DNA of 64,000 nt, taken from NCBI RefSeq assembly GCF_001194135.2, contig NC_068991.1:4515755-4579754 (forward strand). Reading direction: 5' to 3'. Positions 1 to 12,377 of this stretch are shown here, in pieces. Position numbers and translations under genes: made by a program. The notes beneath the pieces were generated by a model. The model was not told the DNA's origin. It saw nothing but the letters and a program-made list of their open reading frames with translations, and ran no database searches. Position 1 is the stretch's first letter. Each line of letters begins with the position of its first letter. This DNA comes from Octopus bimaculoides (Eukaryota).

Positions 1-647
1 CTATACAATTTAACTATGAAAATCCCTGGAGCGAAACTACAAAAAATATTTCTGAAATTTTGAGAATAAAAATGAGATTTATTTGTAATGGCAATTATGC
101 TAATTAAAAAAATTAAATGATCTATATTGTTTTTAGAAAGAGGTCATATATCATGAATTAGTGCAAAGTTGAAATAATATTTTGCAGCATCAATTATTCA
201 AACAGTAAGTAATATTTTATTGTTATACGCTTGGCTGTGTCGTCTATGTACTTGAAACGGTTATTATTTGTTTGTCTATATATTTGAAACGGTTATTATA
301 TCCTATAGAAAGGATTTATCAAATTATGTTGTAAAATCAAGTGGCTATATATTCGTTACTTGTTTTCCTCTTTTTAAATTTCAAGTGAGTGTGATGCAAT
401 TGAAGTTACGTATAGCTTAACTATGACGAGATATTGCTTAGGCTCAAGCATTTGTGAGTCGTGTAGCGCAGATGCTCACACACATAGGACTGGCATAATA
501 ATGAGCGTTTATTCAATGCATTTTGGGGGGAATATATTAATTTACATTTGAAAAGGAATAGTAGTGAGCAACATGGATGTTTCAGCATATGTGCTAGCCA
601 ATATGTACTCCTTGTATACACAAATACATACAATTGTACACACACAG

Positions 648-686
<39 letters not shown>

Positions 687-688
<2 letters not shown>

Positions 689-838
689 TGTGGCCGTGTG
701 GTAAGAAGCTTGCTTCCCAAGCATGTTTTCGTGTTCAGTCCCACTGTGTAGCAACATGGGAGCGTGTCATCTACTATCGACCAAAGCCTTCTCAGTGGAT
801 TTGGTAGACGGGAACAGGAAGAAGCCCGTCGTATATAT
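687..838 (+). mobile_element. SINE family A, 5' half (tRNA-derived head + CORE-like segment), running into a gap and (GT)n
   Basis: tggtgtggccgtgtggtaagaagcttgc..gtgttcagtcccactg..gatttggtagacgggaacaggaagaagcccgtcg matches the copies at 47761 and 52389; A-box- and B-box-like motifs present. Confidence 0.85.
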
Positions 839-983
839 ANNNNNNNNNNNNNNNNNNNNNNNNNNNNNNNNNNNNNNNNNNNNNNNNNNNNNNNNNNNNN
901 NNNNNNNNNNNNNNNNNNNNNNNNNNNNNNNNNNNNNNNNNNNNNNNNNNNNNNNNNNNNNNNNNNNNNNNNNNNNNNNNNNN

Positions 984-1033
<50 letters not shown>

Positions 1034-1584
1034 GTGTGTGTATATGTATGTATGCATGTATGTATGCATGTATGTATGCATTTCTGTATATGTGTGTGAG
1101 AGAGAGAGAAATAGAGAGTATATATATACATGTGTGTGTGTCTATGTGTTTATATATACGTTCAGAGATAGAAATAGATAGAAATATATGTGTGTACATA
1201 TGTATATACAACCCCCGAGTCTTGGATTTGTAGATCTAACTGCTCACTTATTAATATATTAATTAATTAATTTAATATTCCCTATTTCCCTATTTGTCAA
1301 ATAATTCGGTAGCAATTATTTCAGAAAGCTATGAAGTATTATTCATTTCCGCTCTGATAATAATTAATTATATACAGAGAGCATATATATTTTCGGATAA
1401 AGCTAGGGATAACCGTCGGCTGAACTCCACATAGCGATGTGAATTGTGAGGTCAAACCAGAGAATGATCTGACAATACTACGCGATTCTCTGAAGTTATA
1501 AATCATTCCTTTTCATACAAAATGGATACACTTGCAAAGGGAATATATAAGGAATTTTCCTCCGATGTATCCATCATATCTGAA

Positions 1585-1630
1585 ATGTCTCTATTTCGCT
1601 GTATTGTAATTTTAATTATATCATGCACAG
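1585..1630 (+). CDS. Weak candidate first exon encoding a signal-peptide-like MSLFRCIVILIISCT(G)
   Basis: hydrophobic N-terminus, ends at CAG/gcaagt (GC-type donor) or AAG/gtatat at 1651, both phase 1; in phase with 3651-3703. Confidence 0.2.
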
Positions 1631-1909
1631 GCAAGTGCTGTAACCAGAAAGGTATATATATATATATATATNNNNNNNNNNNNNNNNNNNNNNNNNNNNN
1701 NNNNNNNNNNNNNNNNNNNNNNNNNNNNNNNNNNNNNNNNNNNNNNNNNNNNNNNNNNNNNNNNNNNNNNNNNNNNNNNNNNNNNNNNNNNNNNNNNNNN
1801 NNNNNNNNNNNNNNNNNNNNNNNNNNNNNNNNNNNNNNNNNNNNNNNNNNNNNNNNNNNNNNNNNNNNNNNNNNNNNNNNNNNNNNNNNNNNNNNNNNNN
1901 NNNNNNNNN

Positions 1910-1978
1910 GGGGTCGATTTGTTCGATTAAGGGAGTACTCCAGCATGGCCGTAACAAATGACGGAAAGAAATAAAAGA

Positions 1979-1980
<2 letters not shown>
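1910..1980 (+). mobile_element. SINE family A 3' tail
   Basis: ggggtcgatttgttcgattaagggagtactccagcatggccgtaacaaatgacggaaagaaataaaaga; the rest is probably inside the 1672-1909 gap. Confidence 0.8.
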
Positions 1981-2013
<33 letters not shown>

Positions 2014-2947
2014 TTACATATATTTGTAGTGACAAAGACATATAAAGAGAGAGAGAGAGAGAGAGAGAGAGTAGTGTTCAGGAATATGTATGTTTGTATG
2101 TGTGCATACATGCTAGAACTTATCTATCATTCTATCTGTCTATCTATATATCCCTCAGTATATATAACCTACACATATAATAAATGCACGCATACACATA
2201 CACACGCATCCCAAACACCCCCTCCCCACCACACACTTATGTATATAATCAATTTGTAGCTTAGGAATACTTCATTAGTATGGTCCCATAGTACAAAAAT
2301 CTATCATTCTCTGGCTACAACGCAACATCGATTAGCACTGATTCACGGCCATTTCTTCCGTATGACACGTATTAGCTCCACGAGCCCTGATTATCACTAG
2401 CTTATCTCTTCATTTTATCATATGTCAATGTTTGCGTTAAAAGTTTTTGTGTGCTAAAAGACATTATCCTCTGTTTCTCTTGTTATTTGAGCTTTGGCAA
2501 TGTTTTTCATTGTCGACGAGAATATTTCATTTTCTAAAATTATTGTTCTCCTTCCAACCAGAAACGGTGCATCCACGTTAGCCACGAATGGGTAAGTTAA
2601 GTTATAAAAATAATAAGTATGAAAAATCTGCAGACTCTGGAAGACAGATTTATATAATATTACGAAAGTACTGTACGAAAAACTCAATGTATTAAAAGTT
2701 GAAGAAAAGAACAGATTTCCCAGACACATTAAAGATATATCGTATTTAAATGTAAAAATATCGAAGACAAATGGTGGTAATAAAATAACACGTCACAAGA
2801 GAGCGAAGTGCAAACAGAGAAGAGACGTATGCAATGGTTTAGTCTGAAACCGAGTGGTTTCGTGTTCATTCTCAATCCGCGGCACTTTGGGCACGTGTCT
2901 TTTACTATGTCCTTGGTCAGAATGATGTTTTATGAGAGTAAACGTAT

Positions 2948-3136
2948 TCTTTTATTCTTTTATTTGTTTGAGTCATTTCACTGCAGGCCATGCTGGAGCA
3001 CCACCTTTAGTCGAGCAATTCGACCACAAGACATATTCTTTGTAAGACTAGTACTTATTCTATCGGTCTCTTTTGCTGAACCGCTTCGTTATGTGGACAA
3101 CATCGGTTGTCAAGCGATAGTGGGGGGACACACACG
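2948..3136 (-). mobile_element. SINE family A 3' half
   Basis: gagtcatttcactgcaggccatgctggagcacc..gtacttattctatcggtctcttttgctgaaccgc..gtcaagcgatagtggggggacac, followed by the internal (TA)/(CA) microsatellite. Confidence 0.85.
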
Positions 3137-3177
3137 TACATACAAACACTTACATATATACATAAACACACCTATGC

Positions 3178-3215
<38 letters not shown>

Positions 3216-3251
3216 ATACACACATATATATATATACATATGTATATACAC

Positions 3252-3284
<33 letters not shown>

Positions 3285-3309
3285 AATACATATATATACA
3301 CACACACAA

Positions 3310-3346
<37 letters not shown>

Positions 3347-3387
3347 CATACGTATATATAAATACATATATATACACNNNNNNNNNN

Positions 3388-3478
<91 letters not shown>

Positions 3479-3650
3479 TATATACAGGCAATTATGCGGA
3501 TAAGCATATTAGACACATCGGATATATTAAATACAAAATATGTATGTATGTCTACATGAAAAACGACAGAGAGCAAAAGATGAACACTTTCACACGATGA
3601 ATAATGAATTTAAATGGATAAAGATTTTTTTTTTTTTTTCCTGTAAATAG

Positions 3651-3703
3651 GTCCATCTTACACACAATACAAACGACAAATTCTGCATTTGAAATTCTCT
3701 GCA
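3651..3703 (+). CDS. Weak candidate plus-strand exon, (G)PSYTQYKRQILHLKFSA or non-coding
   Basis: poly-T tract plus taaatag acceptor and GCA/gtaagt donor. Confidence 0.3.
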
Positions 3704-3755
3704 GTAAGTTATGAAATGTAAGATACCGTGAAGACGGAAGCTCGCCGCGTCCTAT

Positions 3756-3805
3756 TCACATTGTGCCGATATTGACAAATTCACGGGGAAAATCATATCT
3801 CGGAT
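3756..3805 (-). CDS. Candidate terminal coding exon: (D)PRYDFPREFVNIGTM*
   Basis: acceptor gattcag after a 98-nt intron (3806-3903); phase 1 matches the previous exon; ends in TGA at 3756-3758. Confidence 0.35.
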
Positions 3806-3903
3806 CTGAATCACAATTTTAAGGGCTATCAACTGGAACCGGAATTAATTGTTTTTTCTTCGTTTATGGGCGTCTGGTTTCAAATAACCAAATCAGGACA
3901 TAC

Positions 3904-4059
3904 CGACCAAATTTACCTTTTTGGTGTATTGCGGTTTAAAATGATTATCTGTAAAATCTCGCCAGCTTTCAGTCAAGGACAACATCCATGATGACTTCAG
4001 AAGGATGTCCATAACGTCGCATCCAATAATTTCTTCGAAACGTCCCGGCCCGGGTTGCT
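3904..4059 (-). CDS. Candidate exon (phase 1 to 1): (K)QPGPGRFEEIIGCDVMDILLKSSWMLSLTESWRDFTDNHFKPQYTKKVNLV
   Basis: 156 nt open, donor G/gtatgt (alternative AAG/gtaaat at 3917), weak acceptor caaatag; in phase with 11917-12070 upstream and 3756-3805 downstream. Confidence 0.45.
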
Positions 4060-4445
4060 CTATTTGTGATGATATTTGTCACACAGATCGTTCTTCGAAA
4101 CGTAGGAAGGTGTATGCTTTGACAGAAGAACAATCCAGAATCGAATCACTATATTACTGATTGGCCCATGTTACGCATATTTATTGTTTGGCATTGCTTC
4201 AATATTTGTTGTGAATAATAAATGATCAGTTTTAACAATCTAGTGCAAAGGAATCTGATTTTCTTTGTGAATCATAAGGGGGTGTAGACAATGATTAACA
4301 AAGAAATTTAGAGGAATATTATCCACGTGCAAGGCATATCTAATTTTCTGATCCTTGTCCATTGTTCCTGCATAAATATTCTATTTATGTATACATATAT
4401 ATATTATGCAATATACATTATATATATATGTGCTTATATATATAA

Positions 4446-4513
<68 letters not shown>

Positions 4514-4544
4514 GTATGCATGTTTATATTTATGTTTGCGTGTG

Positions 4545-4596
<52 letters not shown>

Positions 4597-5109
4597 ACCA
4601 TATATATACTTACATGACAATACATGTACGAGACTCTGTGGGAGTATGTGTGTGTGATTGTGTGTGTGAGTGTATGTGTGTATAAGTTCGAGAGAGAGAG
4701 AGAGTTATAGAGCAAGCACATTGTGTGGCTCTGTGCGGAGATGCCATGAGAAGCCATTAACGTGTTAGAAAGGATAGCTGTCAATCAATTGTCAATATCT
4801 GGAACTATACGTCGTATCTCGTTTACAGAATAAGTCACGTATACATGTACGCATGGAAGTATATTTGAACGTATGTATATAGATATACGTTAGTGTATGT
4901 GTTTATGTATATATGTATATATACTTCCAGATATTCAAGCATAGTCATATTTTCAATTTCATGTGGATAATTACACACATATATCGCATATATATGTATA
5001 TGTGTGGGTGTTTGTGTGTGTGCGTCTGTGCGTGTTTCTATGTATACGACTACCTATATCATTTTTTATGTATGTATGCATATATATGTACATATGTGTG
5101 TGTATGTCT

Positions 5110-5227
<118 letters not shown>

Positions 5228-5295
5228 CCATGTGTGTGCCTGTAATGCTTCTCTGTGTACGTGTGTGTGTATGTATGCGTGTGATTCTACATAAC

Positions 5296-5592
5296 TTATC
5301 TTGTATATAATTCAATAACTTTATTCAATTTGCTTCTATCCATATCTGATTTCTTGCTATTTCCTTCATCCTTCCCAGTTATGGCGTTTAAAATTCTATA
5401 AAATTTGCTGTAATCTCCAGAATTCTTTTAACTTTCATAAACATCTATGGCCTTTGCAGATCGTTGTAATTCCAATATATCCTTATAACAATTTCTTAAT
5501 TCTCCCCATAATTTTAAATTACATTAGCAATTTAATCCATCTCCTAAATGGTCTGATATATTTGCTCTACTCTCAATAAAATTTTGCCAATA
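5296..5592 (-). mobile_element. Possible decayed LINE ORF2 endonuclease-RT linker fragment
   Basis: 99-codon frame with two internal stops: YWQNFIES..LWGELRNCYKDILELQRSAKAIDVYES*KNSGDYSKFYRILNAITGK..; KFYRILNAITG resembles the LINE linker motif KFW..I..LTG. Confidence 0.4.
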
Positions 5593-6387
5593 TTAGTTAA
5601 TAGAAACGATAGGATTCATTGTTTAGTTTTGTTTTTTCTTAATTTTTATTTGGTTTTTTTTTTTTTATTTTGGAAATATCGGTTCTGTTTTTCCTACGCT
5701 GTTATTTTTGACATTTCAAATGTTAACTTCTTTACAGCTAAATTATCGATATCTCTAAATATTTACATTTACTAAAACAAATTCATAAACTTATATATAT
5801 GTATGTTAATACCGTTATTGCCTAAACTAAATTCGTTAGTCTAGTATACTCTTTTATTTGTTCATGCCAGTTCTGTTTTCCCGTCTATTCTATTCTGTTT
5901 CTATTTAATTATTTATAGATTATTATTGCCGGCATTATGATAAAAGCTATAGCTATATATTAATCGATTTCACTTCCCTTTATTTTGCCTTCATTTCCTT
6001 CTTTTCCCTCACACTTCTCTGAGATTTCGCTAACACCTTCTTACTTTAGGCGGTTTTCTATTACTTCTGCAATAATTATCGTAACACTTTAATTAAGATG
6101 AATGAGCGAAACAAATGAGTGACGCTGCAAATTATCAGCCATGTCACACCTTCATATACTAAACAATATAACACAGTAAATGTTGTGTTTAGAACAACAC
6201 CGGCATCTATCCTTAAACATGTTTTGTTTCTGCGTATGTGATGGATTGCGAATGTAGTTACATTTACAATTCATTGTTGATGACGAATATCAAAAAATAT
6301 ATATATATTTCTTGTACCTATTGCTATCCTCAGAAACAATTATATTGGTATATTATAGATTACAGGGGTGTATCACTACCTGAAGTC

Positions 6388-6432
6388 AGTACCTCAACAC
6401 GGCCGTAGTCCAGTGGCAGAAACAATTAAAAT
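6388..6432 (+). mobile_element. Decayed SINE family A tail remnant
   Basis: agtacctcaacacggccgtagtccagtggcagaaacaattaaa resembles ggtgctccagcatggccgcagtcaaatgactgaaacaag. Confidence 0.5.
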
Positions 6433-7153
6433 ATAAATTAATTATAAAAATAACTTTCTTTTAGTTATCACTTTATATGGTCAACTGGATAAATAAACAT
6501 ATATTCGAGAGGAAAATTGTGTTTATCGTCAATACCTTTTGTTTATTTATCAAGAAAGTGCATTTCACTCAATCACAAAATACACGAGACGACATTAGAA
6601 ATAATTACTGCAAAATACCATTCACTTTAACCGAGTCAAAACTAATTCCTGCATAACTTTTTCTAATACAGAATGAAAAGCGTTCTAAGTGCGCCCTTTG
6701 TTATGATATAATTTACATTATACTATATTATACTATATTATATTATATTATATTATATTATATTGTAATATACAACTATAGTATCAGATATTGCGTGTTA
6801 TTTCAATAATCGTATCGTTAAATATATTATATTGTACAGCCTTTAAGTATGTAGAATTTTTAGCATGAAATGTTCCGACTTTTTGGCATTTATTTTTGTT
6901 AATAATTATAATGTGTATATTAGCTTTAATGCGGATAATGTGATCTTTATGTATTATGCGTCATGTAATTATTCTTAAACATGTAAATTGTAAACGGTTA
7001 TGAAAATAAGCATACCATATTTTCTATTTCATATTTGATATATCTCGTGATAAATTTTGTTAGATATACTATTATAGAAAATACGTACTTTTAGTAGTTT
7101 TCTATGCATAGTTTAGAATATGATACGTTTTATGATTTTCTTTTATACTTATA

Positions 7154-7491
7154 TTATCTCCGCCTTCGCTAAGGTGGAAGTATTGTTTCAGTCACGTTTG
7201 TTTGTTTGTCCTTGGACAAGATATCTCAAGAACCACTGGATGGATCTTTATAAAACTTTCAGGGAAGTCTGGTCCCGCGACTGGTACGAACTGATTAGAC
7301 TTTGGGATCGATCCCGTACCGGACAAGGATTCTGGATTATTTTCCCTGTTTTTTTTTTTTTTTTTTACTTTATTTTTGAGCGCGGTCGGGTTAATTTTAA
7401 GAATCATNNNNNNNNNNTCATCTCCGGCTAATCGTTGCGAGGACGTTGGTGTTGCGTTGGCGGAATTTTGCGCTTCTTGAATGCTCTTGTT
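7154..7491 (+). mobile_element. Helentron-associated/DINE-1-like non-autonomous element (HINE)
   Basis: 5' ttatctccgccttcgctaaggtggaag hairpin, (gttt)n, aagatatctcaagaaccactggatggatc, 3' subterminal inverted repeat ggcggaa and gcgcttcttgaatgctcttgtt end; this is the known HINE architecture; 10-N gap inside. Confidence 0.7.
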
Positions 7492-7499
7492 ATATTTTG

Positions 7500-7893
7500 C
7501 TTTACTTGTTTCAGTCACTTAACTATGACCATGCTGGAGCACCACATTAGAGGATTTTAGTCGTGCAAATAGAGCCCAGGACATTCTACTTATTCTATCG
7601 GGTTCTTAAACAGAATCGGTAAGTTACCAATATCGGTTCTTACACAACACTGATTCTCAGCCAACACCAAGTCACCAACACTGGTCCTCAAGCGGTGATG
7701 GAGGCACAAACACACTCACAAAGACACACATACACATACACATACGCATCTAACGGGCTTCTATCAGTTTCCATCTACCAACTCCATAGACAAGGCTTTG
7801 GTCAACACTTGCCCAAGCTTCCACATAGTGCAACCGAACCCGGAACCATGTGTTTGCGAAGTAAGCTTTTGACAATACAGCCACGCTTGCGCC
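7500..7893 (-). mobile_element. SINE family A, near full length
   Basis: tail tttacttgtttcagtcacttaactatgaccatgctggagcacc, internal CA-rich tract, head ..acacttgcccaagc..cccggaaccatgtg..cagccacgcttgcgcc. Confidence 0.85.
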
Positions 7894-8531
7894 TAACCAT
7901 AAATATTTTGCATCTATATTCGTATCTATATTTATCTCTTAATCTAACGATTCATCGATCGAACGATCTATCAATACACACACACACTTGTAAATATATT
8001 TGTGTATGTTTTTGATCTATGTGTATATTATCATTTTGTGCTAGCTGTATAATTTATAATTGTTTTATTTTTCGTTTAATGATTTTCTGTTAATATATCT
8101 AGTTATATACCTGTGCGTGTTAATACACATCTAACTGTCTGTTTATATGCTTAAACGCACACACTTATATACATAAATTCCTGTGAGAGTTGGAACGTAA
8201 GTAACTCAAATGCAGACATAACATTATTTATCGACATCGCTTGTTCAATTTGCATATATTAGTATAGTATGTCTTTCTCCTTCGTACATTTCCGCTCTCT
8301 TCTTTTTTGCTTTTATTGCAGGTAAAACAGAAAAGTGGAAGACCCTCAAGAGCGGCTGCTGATACGAATCGCCGGCGAGGTGAAGAAAAAATTTGCCTAG
8401 ACAGACGATTCGCAAACGTTGAGGTTGTTCCACAGACAGACTGTGTTCAAGTGTAAATGACAGGCGCGGAAATGTGTGGTAGTTCTTTAAGAGATGACAA
8501 ATGCATCATTCTTGGACTTCTGGAACGTTTT

Positions 8532-8780
8532 CGGCCTAGTTTGCCGATGGCCAGGTTTATTGCAAGGGTGTGGCTGTGAGGTAAGTCGTTTACTTCTGTG
8601 CCACATGGTTTTAGGTTCAATTCCACTCTGTAGGACCTTGAGCAAGTGTCTTCTACTATAAGTTCAGGTGTACCAGAGCGATGGAAATGAATTTGATAGA
8701 CGGAATCTAAAAGAAGACCATCGTACGCACACAGGCAAATGTGTATGTGTGTGAGTATGTGTGTGCGCGCGTGTCTATGT
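8532..8780 (+). mobile_element. SINE family A 5' half with an approximately 30-bp 5' extension (subfamily shared with 9011-9461)
   Basis: cggcctagtttgccgatggccaggtttattgcaagggtgtggctgtgaggtaag..gaccttgagcaagtgtcttctactata..gacggaatctaaaagaagaccatcgtacg. Confidence 0.8.
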
Positions 8781-9010
8781 GTGAAGAAAAACATTACATC
8801 GACAGACGATTCACAAACGACGAGGTTGTTCTTTTAGAGATGAGAAATGCCTCATTCTCCATCTTCTGGAACCTCGTCTTACCATTAACACCGAGCTGAT
8901 CATTGAGACGCCCGAACACAATGTTTAGCTGAACATGCTCCGAGCAAGAATCTGAAAGCCACTTACATTCCCTACCAGAATAAGTGAATATTCACACATT
9001 CATTTTATAT

Positions 9011-9461
9011 TTTCTTACTTATTTCAATAATTAGAGAGCGGCGTTTTAGGGATACTACCTTAAAGAGTTTTAAGTCGCATGTATCAATACACAATACTCA
9101 AATTTTCTTAAGCTTGATACATATTCGATTATTTCTATTGCCAAACGATTAAGTTACATGGATGTAAAGAGGTCAACACCGATTGTCAAGCGGTAATCGA
9201 GAAGAAACGCAGTCACAAAGGCACACACACGAACGCACGAGCACACACACATATTTGCGTCAGTGCGTACGACGGTCTTCTTTTAGTTTCCGTCTGCCAA
9301 ATTCATTTCCAACGCTCTGGTACGATCGAACTTATATTAAAAGACACTTGCGCAAGATGGTACGGAGTAGAATTGAACCGAGAGCCATGTGGCTCGGAAG
9401 TAAACGTCTAACCTCACAGCCACACCCTTGCAACAAACCTGGCCGTCGGCAAACTGGGCCG
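9011..9461 (-). mobile_element. SINE family A, full length, same subfamily as 8532-8780
   Basis: reverse complement gives ccggcccagtttgccgacggccaggtttgttgcaagggtgtggctgtgagg..gtaccagagcgttggaaatgaatttggcagacggaaactaaaagaagaccgtcgtacg. Confidence 0.8.
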
Positions 9462-9594
9462 GAGAGTGCTCTCACTCTATACAATGCACAACCCGGATGT
9501 GGGGTCCCCCGCGTTTCAATTGTTCTATTTTTGCTTTGTTACACTCACGCACACACACACACACACATATCTCGTTTCGTTTGTGTCATTCTCT

Positions 9595-9910
9595 CTTAGA
9601 AAGACATTTCTGTCTCTCCATGCCATCTCGCCCACTCTTTTTCTCATTCTCTCTTACCCTTTTTTCTCCCTGTCTCTTTCTTTCTCGTTCCCATTTTCTC
9701 ACGTTCTCCCTGTTAGCTTTTCCTTTTTCCTGATTTTCTATCGCCCACAATCAGTCTTCTTTCCTCAATGTTATATTCTTTCCCCGAGTTACTTTTCTCG
9801 CTCTGCACCTCAAAGCCTCAATCTCTCATTCTCTCTTTCATTCTCTCTCGCTCTCCCCTCTCTCTTTCTCTCACTTTCCTTTTCTTTGTTCTCTCTCTAT
9901 CGATCCTCTC
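9595..9910. repeat. Imperfect CT-rich tract, followed by (CA)n at 9965-10040 and a CT-flanked gap
   Basis: visible low-complexity sequence. Confidence 0.9.
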
Positions 9911-11155
9911 TCTATTACTCTACGTCTTTTATGACTCATATTATTTCTTTTATATTAAATCCTTTTACACAAACACACACACACACACACTCACTCACAC
10001 ACACACATACACACACACACACGCAAACACACACACACGTACACATATTCCCTCCCTTTCCACCTCCCCACTTAAACAACTTTTTCTATTTTGCAGCCTT
10101 AATTATTCAGTCTTGTTTGTTCTCTTCTCTCCTTCTCTTTCTATCATAATGTTTATTTCCTGGCNNNNNNNNNNNNNNNNNNNNNNNNNNNNNNNNNNNN
10201 NNNNNNNNNNNNNNNNNNNNNNNNNNNNNNNNNNNNNNNNNNNNNNNNNNNNNNNNNNNNNNNNNNNNNNNNNNNNNNNNNNNNNNNNNNNNNNNNNNNN
10301 NNNNNNNNNNNNNNNNNNNNNNNNNNNNNNNNNNNNNNNNNNNNNNNNNNNNNNNNNNNNNNNNNNNNNNNNNNNNNNNNNNNNNNNNNNNNNNNNNNNN
10401 NNNNNNNNNNNNNNNNNNNNNNNNNCTCTCTCTCTCTCTTATTCTCCTCCCATATGCCACTCCACCATTACCTCTTTTTCACTGCCGCCATGTTTTTAGT
10501 TACTCTGCATACTTGTGTATATCAATGAATCTTGTGCATGCTAAGTTTCTGATTAATTAAAAACCTGCCTGACAATAACCTTTTCCCTCTCCCTGATGAC
10601 CAACACATCACAAGATCTCGTGATATCAAACAGCTTTCACTTCTCCATACCAATACCGAAACACCAGGCACTGACAAAGCATACAATACATGACAAACAA
10701 GCTCACACTTTTACTTTCGCTTTCTCACTCAGGCGCAAACATTCATACATACACACAAAAACACATGCACGCACACACACATTTGTATTCGCACAAATAC
10801 ACATTGACATGCACACGTTGACACATATACTTGTGAGCACATAGACTTAACTCCAACAGATCATACCTAATAGTATATAATATACATATAAATGAGTGTG
10901 TATATATATATATATATATGATATATGATACACACACACACATATATATATATATGTATATNNNNNNNNNNNNNNNNNNNNNNNNNNNNNNNNNNNNNNN
11001 NNNNNNNNNNNNNNNNNNNNNNNNNNNNNNNNNNNNNNNNNNNNNNNNNNNNNNNTATATATATATATATATACACATATATAAACATATATATGTACAT
11101 AAATGATTACACACCTGTGTATATATATATACACATACATATACACATATTCATG

Positions 11156-11182
11156 GATAGATAGATAGATAGATAGACACAG

Positions 11183-11219
<37 letters not shown>

Positions 11220-11322
11220 TATAGACAGATAGACAGACAGATACACATACAGATAGATAGATAGATAGATAGGTAGATACATAGATAGATAGATAGATAG
11301 ATAGATACATAGATAGATAGAT
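11156..11322. repeat. (GATA)n/(GACA)n tetranucleotide tract
   Basis: visible repeat; another (GATA)n at 41143-41220. Confidence 0.95.
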
Positions 11323-11916
11323 AAAATGTGGGTTTTCTCACATACACCCCCACACAGTCGCATACAAATAGGAAAATGCCTCATAAGCACGCACCACTGA
11401 CCGAATCTCTCCTTGATGGTTTGCCTTGGTAAATGATGCAGACGATCTCCCCACAAATCACACAGTCTAGTATTCAAAAGTGTAGGACACGTTTGCTAAT
11501 GTATTCCAATAGGCGCTATTTAAATAAAATTTTTAAAAAAACGGAATTGTTATTGTAGAAATGCCTTTGATTATGTCTGATTAATCAGTATTGAACACGG
11601 GAAAAAAACACATAACATGAGTCGTAGCTAGGTAGTCCTAGCTTGTATATAATGTTTGTTTGCCAAACATTTACTTACGAAACAAATACAGTAATCAATT
11701 TGAGTCAACAAGAGAAAGCCTATTCAAACGCTGCAAACTTAGAAATAATAGTCACCTGTCACTGATACCAAACACAAAAATGCATTTCTCTGTCTTCATC
11801 ATAGAAGGAGGTGCTTCTTAGCTTTAGGTCTTACTGGGCTGCTTAGCGGTAAGCTTCCGGCACCAGGTTCGATCACTGTTACACTTGAACATGCTTTCTA
11901 CATAATGATAACTCAC

Positions 11917-12070
11917 TTCTGGTCTGCTTGAAATATCTGATTTCAGTCAGCCCCATTTTTACGCCTGCCGTCAAGTTGAACTCAACCATGGCTGTTATTG
12001 GATACTGTTGACCGGCAAGATCAGTGATTTTCAACCGTAGTTCATACAGGATTCTGTTGTGAAAATTTTT
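11917..12070 (-). CDS. Candidate internal exon (phase 0 to 1) of an unidentified minus-strand gene: KNFHNRILYELRLKITDLAGQQYPITAMVEFNLTAGVKMGLTEIRYFKQTR
   Basis: acceptor atatttcag, donor AGAA/gtgagt, only one open frame, GC above background; Y.L.L.ITD.AG resembles a cadherin/Ig-fold strand motif. Confidence 0.55.
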
Positions 12071-12166
12071 CTGAAATATATTGGTTGTACTTCTATAATA
12101 CACAATTTTTTTTTGTTTTAATTTATAGAATTCCTAATAATATTTAAACATAAAATTATAATCCGT

Positions 12167-12377
12167 TTCTACTATAGGTACAAGGCCTGAAATTTGTGAG
12201 GAGGGGACTATTAAATTATATCGACCTCAGTGTTTCACTGGTACTTAATTTAGCGACCCCGAAAGGATGAAAGGAAATGTTGACTTCGGAGGAATTTGAA
12301 CTCAGAACGTAACGACAGGCGAAACATCGCTAAGCATTTCGCTTGGCATCGTAACGATCCTACCAGCTCAATGCCTT
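12167..12377 (-). mobile_element. SINE family B (tail variant 1)
   Basis: ggtacaaggcctgaaatttg..ctggtacttaatttagcgaccccgaaaggatgaaagg..ggaatttgaactcagaacgtaa..gctaagcatttcg..taacgatcctaccagct. Confidence 0.85.

Noticed and set aside
1401-1415. ctagggataac, similar to an LSU rRNA or I-SceI-site motif
   Set aside because: Only about 11 bp match and no flanking rRNA similarity
3730-3805. DPRYDFPREFVNIGTM*IGRGE resembles an RTK kinase start (DPKWEFPR..LGEGEFG)
   Set aside because: A stop interrupts it, FG.V does not follow, there is no upstream transmembrane exon and no downstream kinase motifs; kept only as an unnamed exon
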